Source of the DNA: Alphaproteobacteria bacterium
GTDB lineage: Bacteria; Pseudomonadota; Alphaproteobacteria; MPNO01; UBA830
DNA length: 64,000 nucleotides
Assembly: GCA_965243135.1 (NCBI GenBank)
Contig: OZ251539.1
Span: 5,536,001-5,600,000 of the forward strand
Reading direction: 5' to 3'
The position numbers and the translations under genes were made by a program. The notes below the pieces were generated by a model, which searched no databases, was not told the DNA's origin, and saw only the letters and a list, made by a program, of their open reading frames with translations. How positions within the stretch are numbered: position 1 is the first letter of the stretch; each line of letters begins with the position of its first letter. Below are positions 57,790 through 64,000 of the stretch, in pieces.

Positions 57790-58923
57790 TCATTTATCGA
57801 ATAAATACTCCATCGCCATGCGAAAGCGCTCGCGCACCTTGTCGACATCCGTCGTGCCTTGACTGATCGCGTCGATGAACTCGGAATCCTTCTTTAATTT
57901 CTCGTATCTTGCAGGGACATCCTCCGGAATTTCGTCCAAATTTTCGGAAAAAGAATTCATGACCGCGTCGAAAACGGCGGCGTTCAATCCCGAACGGACA
58001 TGAAAAGGTCTTTCTCCCAAATTTTTAACGACCGCTTCGCAAGTTCGCTCAAAAATAGTCTGCGATTCATTCAGTCTTTCTTCGGAAGAATTTCTGTTTA
58101 CATGCATAAATTTGGAAAGGAAATCCTTTAGAGGCTTCCTGTATTCTTCGACGTTTCTCATGGCGAAGAAACGAACCAACAGTTCAATATCCTTACTACG
58201 AATATCGGGATCCTGTTTCCCCAGTATTTTCCTCCAAACAGGCAATTGGTTTATTTTCCCAAGAAATTCCGAGAAGCCGCCATGATAAACGCAATTGCGA
58301 ATTTCCTGATTTGCCAGTAGCGTTCCGCCGGTATTCAATCTTTCGAAGATATGGTAGATGCTTGTGTGATCTTCAGGATCGAATTGTTGCACAATGCACG
58401 CTCTCAATACGGAATTTTTTAGTCGCCGCTGATCTTCATCTTGAAGGTCGTCGAACGTTTTTCCATAATACGAACTTTCTTCGTGCAGGCCTTTTAAATC
58501 GAATACTTTCCTTCTATTTTGCCGTTTTGCGCCAAAATATCCTTCAAAATAATAGAAAATGCTTTTCAAGCGCTGCTGTCCGTCAATCACCAAGTATTTT
58601 TGACTGTCCCTATCGTTGTAGAGAAACACGGAGGGAACCGGCAAGCCAACCAGAAAGGATTCGATCAGCTTGCTGGATTGGACTTGTTTCCAGACGAAAT
58701 TTCTCTGGAAATCCGGTATCTCGATTTCTTCGTTTCGCCATTTCCGATATAGTACTTCCAAAGTGTAATCGGCCGGGTATGTTGCGATTCGATAGTTTGG
58801 AGGAGCGCCCTGGTAGTCTTCCTCTTCGGAAGCGATCAATTCCATATCCAGATCGGACGCGAGTCGAGATGCCCGCTCGAATTCCGGCGTGGTTGATTCG
58901 GCGTCGGTCGCACTGTTGGGCAT
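57790..58923 (-). CDS. DUF262 (ParB-like, GmrS/SspE N-terminal type) protein
   Basis: IPDFQRNFVW, LIESFLVGLPVP, VIDGQQRL, IFERLNTGGT.L..QEIRN. Low GC. Confidence 0.9.
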   Translation of the reverse strand: MPNSATDAESTTPEFERASRLASDLDMELIASEEEDYQGAPPNYRIATYPADYTLEVLYRKWRNEEIEIPDFQRNFVWKQVQSSKLIESFLVGLPVPSVFLYNDRDSQKYLVIDGQQRLKSIFYYFEGYFGAKRQNRRKVFDLKGLHEESSYYGKTFDDLQDEDQRRLKNSVLRACIVQQFDPEDHTSIYHIFERLNTGGTLLANQEIRNCVYHGGFSEFLGKINQLPVWRKILGKQDPDIRSKDIELLVRFFAMRNVEEYRKPLKDFLSKFMHVNRNSSEERLNESQTIFERTCEAVVKNLGERPFHVRSGLNAAVFDAVMNSFSENLDEIPEDVPARYEKLKKDSEFIDAISQGTTDVDKVRERFRMAMEYLFDK

Positions 58924-59153
58924 AACGTTTCTTCCATTGACCATCACGGAAACAGGAAGCGACGCCAAGATCCAGCGTCGAGGCCCTGACGGACGCTCGG
59001 CGTGTCTAACCCCTACATACCGACGACATCATGCAGAATATGCGGATTGTAGGAGGCGGCGCAAACAATTCTTGACGATCATGGCGCAGGAAGCCGGTTT
59101 GTTGCGCGCTACCCGGCGTTACGGGGCATGAGGCGGCGGGCCTATGCTGCGGC

Positions 59154-59639
59154 TCAATCCGCGTCCCAGGGAAGCGTGTTTCCGTAGGTATGGGTAAGCG
59201 CGTCGACATCCTTCGGAGCGTAGACGTGACGCGGCGGAGTCTCGAAGGTGGACTCGGGCTTCACCCGGATGACGCAGCGGCCTTCCTCGATCGCCAGCCG
59301 GCGGAGCTTGGCCCGTTCCTCTTCGGGCATGGGCTGTTCCGCCATCAGTTCGCAGATGGCGATCAGCAGATCGCCGCCGCCTTGTTCCTCCACCGTCGCG
59401 CGTCCGAAAACGGTGACGTAGGTGGGGGGCCATTTCTCGTCGAGCACGCAAAGCGATACCCGGCCGTCGCGCAGAACGGCTTTCGGTTTGGCGCGGCCTA
59501 TCATCGACGAGACCAGAATGTCGTCGCCGTCCATCACGTAGTAGACGCACGACAGAGAAGGGCCATGCTTCTTTCTCGGGTACGAGAAGACGCAAGTCCG
59601 GTGTTGGCGGACGAATTCCCGGCGTTCCGCTCCGTTCAT
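59154..59639 (-). CDS. Pyridoxamine 5'-phosphate oxidase-like (split-barrel flavin/F420) protein
   Basis: ERREFV.., P.LS.VYY.MDGDDILVS...RAK.KAV.RD.RVSLCVLDE, YVTVFGRA, EGRCVIRVKP. Confidence 0.82.
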   Translation of the reverse strand: MNGAERREFVRQHRTCVFSYPRKKHGPSLSCVYYVMDGDDILVSSMIGRAKPKAVLRDGRVSLCVLDEKWPPTYVTVFGRATVEEQGGGDLLIAICELMAEQPMPEEERAKLRRLAIEEGRCVIRVKPESTFETPPRHVYAPKDVDALTHTYGNTLPWDAD

Positions 59640-61120
59640 AGCGGGCGCTTCCCGCCGGCCCGCGCTATCTCTTTTTCCATTCGAGTTCGTCCTTCCAGCC
59701 CGTTTCGACATCGCGCACCGAGGTCTCCGGCGGCACGTCGGCGGGAACTTGCCGTTGACGGGTCCGCCGCCCGTTTTCGAGCCAGTCTCCCGCAGCGGCG
59801 CGCGCGGCGGCATCTTCCCATGCCTGCGACCAGTCGCCGAGCGAATAGCCGTGCCACGGCGTTTCAGGCCGCAGTTCCGGCAGACCGAGTTTCTCCCACA
59901 GCGCGCGGCCGGCTTCCATGTAGGGTCTGGTCGGCAACGCCAGGGGCGGCATGGGCGATTTCATGGTGGCGTCGATCAGGAGCGTCGAATCCTCTTCTCC
60001 CTTGTGCTCGCGCCGGGGACCGTGTCCCTGGCCGCGGTGCCGGAGCACTTCAACGTCCTCTGCCGGGTTAAGGCGATACCCCATCGCCCAGAGTATCGAA
60101 TCCGCGTTGTCGGGATCGATGTCCTCGTTGACGGCGATGGTGATCTTGCCGCAATCGCCCTTGAAGCTGGCGGCGCCGTAGAGCGCTCGCCATACTTCGG
60201 TGCGCGGCGTTTCCGGGTCGAGCGTCACGATGGTGACGCGCAGGAGCCCGGTCAGGGGTTCGTGCAGAGAAACCCGCCGCACGCCCCGGATGCCGAGATG
60301 GTCCCGAAGATGGGCGAGGAACAGCGGCTCGTAGGCGACGCGCTTGATGACCGAACTTTCGGACGGCGCGACTTGCGAGATATAGGAAGGGATGATTGCG
60401 TTCTTCCGGTGCGTGATCGCGGTTACCGTCATCGGCAGGTTGAGTTCTTCGAGCGCGACATGGCCGTGACTCTCGCCGAAAGGGCCTTCGGGTTCGAGCA
60501 TGGCGGTGTCGACGAGTCCCTCGATCACCAGTTCCGCTTCGGCGGGCACCGTCAGGTCCACGGTCCGCGCCCGCACGACATTGACGGGCTCGCCGGCGAG
60601 GCCGCCGGCGACATGCAGTTCTTCGAGTCCGACGGGAAGCTTCTGCGGTCCCGTGAAGGCGACGCAGGGCGGGCAGCCCACGACGATGGCGCAGGGCATC
60701 TTCTCGCCCCGTTCGCGGCGCATTTTCCAGTGCAGATAGCCTTCCGCCCCGCCGACGCGCGTCGCCATGCGCACCACCAGCCGGTCGCGCGCCTTCAGCG
60801 CGGCGCGGTAGGTGCCCATGTTCTGGGTGCCGGTGTCGGGATTGCCGGTGATCACGTTGGTCGCCGCAAGAGTCGGCGCGGAGTCGAAGCCCGGGGTGGA
60901 CAGCGGTATCGGAAGGACGGCGAGTCCTTCCCGCGCCAGCTCTTCGCCCTCGACGATCACGTCCTGGCAGGGGGCGTCGTTCACCCGGCGCGGCGGAACC
61001 GGGTTTGCGATCGCCTTCTCCCATTTTGAAGCGATCTGATCGACTTCCGTGTCCATGCCGGTCGCATAGATGTCCTGATTGGCGGCCAGCGCTCCGATAA
61101 CGACCGGAAAGGCGTAGGAG

Positions 61121-62769
61121 CAGAAATTCCCGCTAAGGTGGCCGCCCTTTGCGAAAGGCGCGTCGAGATAGCGTCGTTACCGAGGGACCAGCCGCCGCGA
61201 CGCACCTTCCCCGCTTCGGCTTGGTGCCGACTTAGCCTTGACCATCCTGTTTCCCCTGAAAAACTTGCTTTAGCACATTCGGTCACGGTGCCAGGTCAGG
61301 AGGTGTCGTAGGGAATTCCCTCTGCTTTCCGGTATCCAAACGCGATCATTCGGTAGAGTGTTTCCCAGTCCTTCAAGAAGTATTCGAGAAACAATCCCCG
61401 CGCCTTTTCCCAGAAGTAAATGGGCCGCTTGGCCTTCGTTTGCGCCTGTTGGAACAGTTTGCAACATCGCTGTTGAATCTGGTCAATCAGGAACGCCAGC
61501 ATCATCAGGAACGCAAAGACCGTCGACAGATTCTTGTTACCGTGACCGAAGTTGTGCTCAAAGCAGTAGCCTTGGTTCTTCAGGGTGTTGAAAGTTTCGT
61601 TCTCGATCTTCCAGCGCGCCCGCCCGGTGCGCATCAACTCCATCAGGTTCCCTTCGTCAATTGGCAGATCCGTGACCCAGGAGAAACGTTGTTTCTTGCC
61701 GTTTGGGAGCTTCTCCCAGTATTCGAGAAAGTTCACTTTGAGGTCGAAGTGCGTATCGTTCAGAGGCACTCCGTTAAGATACCGGAATTCGTGCCGTATG
61801 TTGTCACCGTCCGTGAACTCCCGGCGCTCCACGGACGGCGCGTTGTTGACCCACTCGAACAGGAACTTGTGGTCGCCGGGCTTCGCCCCCAGTATGAAAC
61901 GCATGTCTAACTCCTTGAGAAGATTGGCATGCGGTCCGTTCGAGGCCAGCCCATCTTCCAACACAACCAGCTTCAGGTGCGGGTGTTCGCGACGCACATC
62001 TTTCAGAAGCCGTTTCGCTGCGTTGCGTTCGCAATCGTTCTTTTTTGCGCCGTCTTCCTTCAGGATCGGTTCCGGTGCAAACGGAAAAACCTCCTTTTGT
62101 TCCGGATGCACCAGAACGGCTCCCAACATCTGGTGGTAGTAGGTAATCGTACCGTCGCGGTGGTGTTTCTCGCAGCAATTTTTACAGTGCACCTTGTCCG
62201 ACGAGAAGTATCCCGTTCCATCGATCGAAAGAGCGTAATGCCCGTTCAGACAAGTGTATTCTTCCAATCCCTTGCCTCGTTGCAAAACCTGGAACATCTT
62301 CGTGAAACAACGCCGCAATTGCCGCGGACAGACTTCGTCAAGCCGTTCGCGCATCGCAGTGTCCGACGGCACGCGCTTGACGCCGTATAAGGTCGCGAGG
62401 TTGTGCCGAACCACTTCGTCGGCGTGCGCGGCCTCGTCGAATTGCAGAAGCGACGCATACTTCATACCGAACACCGCTAGACCCGACATCAGACAGTCCG
62501 TCTGGTTCAGCCCCCTGCTCGCGATCGGATCTTCGATACGGTCGAAACAAGCTCGCACTTCCTTCAGCAATCCCGGAGCGCTGAGCGTCTTGCGCATGCC
62601 TGGCATTCTGGCCATTTTGGTTACAATCCCGCCTCGCCTTCGGACCACTTTCCAGAGAAAAATGCTCCGCTCGAAGGCAAATAGCCCCGAATCACCTCGA
62701 AAAGTCCACGAAAGACTTTTTTCCGGCCCCATATTTTTCAAGGGTTTCGAGCCTTAGCGGGAATTGCTG
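61121..62769 (-). mobile_element. Insertion sequence (1649 bp; ISNCY/IS4-like DDE)
   Basis: 18-bp TIRs CAG(A/C)AATTCCCGCTAAGG (61121-61138, 62752-62769; 17/18 match) and 9-bp TSD GCGTAGGAG (61112-61120, 62770-62778). Confidence 0.95.
61296..62615 (-). CDS. DDE transposase
   Basis: SIDGTGYFSS..HC..C, EDGL, GRARWKIENETFNTLKNQGY.FEHNFGHG. Start uncertain (62615 or 62741). Confidence 0.92.
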   Translation of the reverse strand: MARMPGMRKTLSAPGLLKEVRACFDRIEDPIASRGLNQTDCLMSGLAVFGMKYASLLQFDEAAHADEVVRHNLATLYGVKRVPSDTAMRERLDEVCPRQLRRCFTKMFQVLQRGKGLEEYTCLNGHYALSIDGTGYFSSDKVHCKNCCEKHHRDGTITYYHQMLGAVLVHPEQKEVFPFAPEPILKEDGAKKNDCERNAAKRLLKDVRREHPHLKLVVLEDGLASNGPHANLLKELDMRFILGAKPGDHKFLFEWVNNAPSVERREFTDGDNIRHEFRYLNGVPLNDTHFDLKVNFLEYWEKLPNGKKQRFSWVTDLPIDEGNLMELMRTGRARWKIENETFNTLKNQGYCFEHNFGHGNKNLSTVFAFLMMLAFLIDQIQQRCCKLFQQAQTKAKRPIYFWEKARGLFLEYFLKDWETLYRMIAFGYRKAEGIPYDTS

Positions 62770-63248
62770 GCGTAGGAGCGGCCCGCGGCGTCGGTCGGCC
62801 TTTTGAACAGGAACGCCTTGCGGTCGCTTTCGCGCAATCCGCCCCGGAACTGCCAGCGCACGAGCGGCACCATTTCGGTGTCCTTGTTGACCGGTTCGTC
62901 GATCACGTAGAGGAGGCCTCGCGCTTTCAATTCGTCGATATGCTGCTGCAGATCGCGATAGTTTCGTCCTTTATCCATATTCTCCGCGCCTCCCGGATTG
63001 ACGATGGCGGTTATGCCACGGCGCAGGGAAAGAGTCTGCATGGGACGTGACCGCCTGCGTTCAGCCCACGGCCCGGCTCGCCCCGGGTTTGCGACGCGGC
63101 GGCGCGGCAACCTGATATCCGCTTTTCGTTCTGAAGTCTGAGCCTCCGCGAGGCCCTTGCGGGTCCGTCGTCGGGCGGGCGAAGCGGTCCACAGGGTGCC
63201 GGGCGGGAGGGAGGCCGACAAAAAATCGCACAGCGCAAACGGCTCTAC

Positions 63249-63276
63249 TTGATTAGCGTTAGAGGAATAGTATAAT
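63249..63276 (+). promoter_or_regulatory. Sigma70-like promoter
   Basis: TTGATT-N16-TATAAT upstream of the GGAGA RBS and ATG 63314. Confidence 0.55.
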
Positions 63277-63313
63277 TGATGCTTGGATCGCAGTCATCTC
63301 GGAGAGAAGACAA

Positions 63314-63547
63314 ATGTCTGGCAAGGATGTGCATGTCGTTCGGCGAGACGGGAAATGGGCTGTGCGCAAGGCTGGAGCCGATCGCATCACCCGAAGTTAT
63401 GGCACTAAACAAGAAGCTATTGACGCCGCGCGAGAATTCGCCAGAAATCAGGGAACCGCACTATACATTCACGGAAATGACGGTCGAATCTGCGAACGAT
63501 TTGCCTATGAGAAAGACTCGTTACAACGGCGAGATAAAGTTGCTTGA
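63314..63547 (+). CDS. DUF2188 family protein
   Basis: HVV..DGKWAVRKAG...TKQEAIDAAR..ARN...L.IHG.DGRI.ER. Confidence 0.85.
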   Translation: MSGKDVHVVRRDGKWAVRKAGADRITRSYGTKQEAIDAAREFARNQGTALYIHGNDGRICERFAYEKDSLQRRDKVA

Positions 63548-64000
63548 TCCTGACTTTAATCGAAACGTATTCGTCAATTGTCCATTTGACGATCAGTACA
63601 AACCTATTTTACAAGCTGTTCTTTTCTGTCTTGTAGTACTTGAACTGAAACCACGCCTCGCAACCGAACGAAGCGATGCGGGCGAACAACGTATAATCAA
63701 GATTCGTGAACTTATTGCTTCATCCCGATATTCGATTCACGATCTCAGCAGGTGTGAAGCACGCTATGCCGGAGAACTTTCCAGACTCAATATGCCTTTT
63801 GAACTTGGAATGGATTTTGGATGCCGTTACTATGGCGGAACTCGATATTCAAAAAAAGTCATTCTTGTACTTGAAGAGGAGCGTTATCGATATCAGAAGG
63901 TGATATCCGATTTGGCGGGAAGCGATATAGAAGCGCATGGCGGCGATTACGAGGCCGCCGTAAGAATAGTGCGAAGATGGATTACCGAACAAAATCGATC
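63540..64000 (+). CDS. TIR-like/nucleoside deoxyribosyltransferase-like protein (partial, runs off the window; absent from the ORF track)
   Basis: TTG start. NVFVNCPFDDQY..., RIIKIRELIASSRYSIHDLSR, RLNMPFELGMDFG, ISDLAGSDIEAH. Low GC. Confidence 0.75.
   Translation, partial: MLDPDFNRNVFVNCPFDDQYKPILQAVLFCLVVLELKPRLATERSDAGEQRIIKIRELIASSRYSIHDLSRCEARYAGELSRLNMPFELGMDFGCRYYGGTRYSKKVILVLEEERYRYQKVISDLAGSDIEAHGGDYEAAVRIVRRWITEQNR

Larger units (their letters stand above)
59665..62978 (-). pseudogene. ubiD: UbiD-family (prFMN) decarboxylase interrupted by an IS
   Basis: N-terminus MDKGRNYRDLQQHIDEL...GRSYA at 62978-62770 joins in frame to FPVVIGALAAN... at 61111 once the IS and one TSD are removed. 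NMGTYR, VPAEAELVIEG, EGPFGESHG. Confidence 0.9.

Noticed and set aside
63706-63903. 65-aa ORF in the track
   Set aside because: Out-of-frame overlap with the TIR-like gene starting at 63540.
1-64000. tRNA, rRNA or riboswitch genes
   Set aside because: No cloverleaf, rRNA-like or recognisable riboswitch sequence noticed. A tRNAscan/Infernal run would be needed to exclude them formally.

Overview
Bacterial DNA, GC-rich and probably proteobacterial (inference), in three parts. (1) 1-26.7 kb is one very GC-rich, minus-strand, translationally coupled gene run. It joins a type IVb pilus module (pilN-O-[Cys/Trp-repeat adhesin]-P-Q-R-S, two tandem PilV-like tips, and a prepilin peptidase fused to TcpQ-like domains) to a compact IncI/Dot-Icm type IVB secretion system (dotD-C-B, icmT, DsbG-like, icmL-K-E-C-D-B, icmX-like, dotA). 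Its right edge cuts a TRAP permease gene at a TGT-starting junction, as expected for the end of an integrated element. (2) 26.7-63 kb is host-like transport and catabolic DNA: TAXI-TRAP and ABC transporters, cupins, amidohydrolases, a cycloisomerase-like enolase, a dehydratase, a CoA ligase, a BadI/MenB-like crotonase and UbiD. It also has a 1568-aa autotransporter whose upstream start codon is gated by a C16 tract. (3) Accessory inserts are scattered through part 2. A dispersed non-coding repeat family occurs once 'empty' (28.9-29.1 kb) and once split by a 533-bp single-gene cassette with 24-bp direct repeats (42.67-43.22 kb). There are also a decayed AAA/PD-(D/E)XK gene, a uvrA fragment, a decaying type II R-M pair, a DUF262 islet between copies of a host gene's 3' end, an IS with perfect TSDs inside ubiD, and the start of a low-GC DUF2188/TIR-like island. 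No rRNA, tRNA or CRISPR array was seen. All calls come from reading the sequence and motifs; no searches were run.
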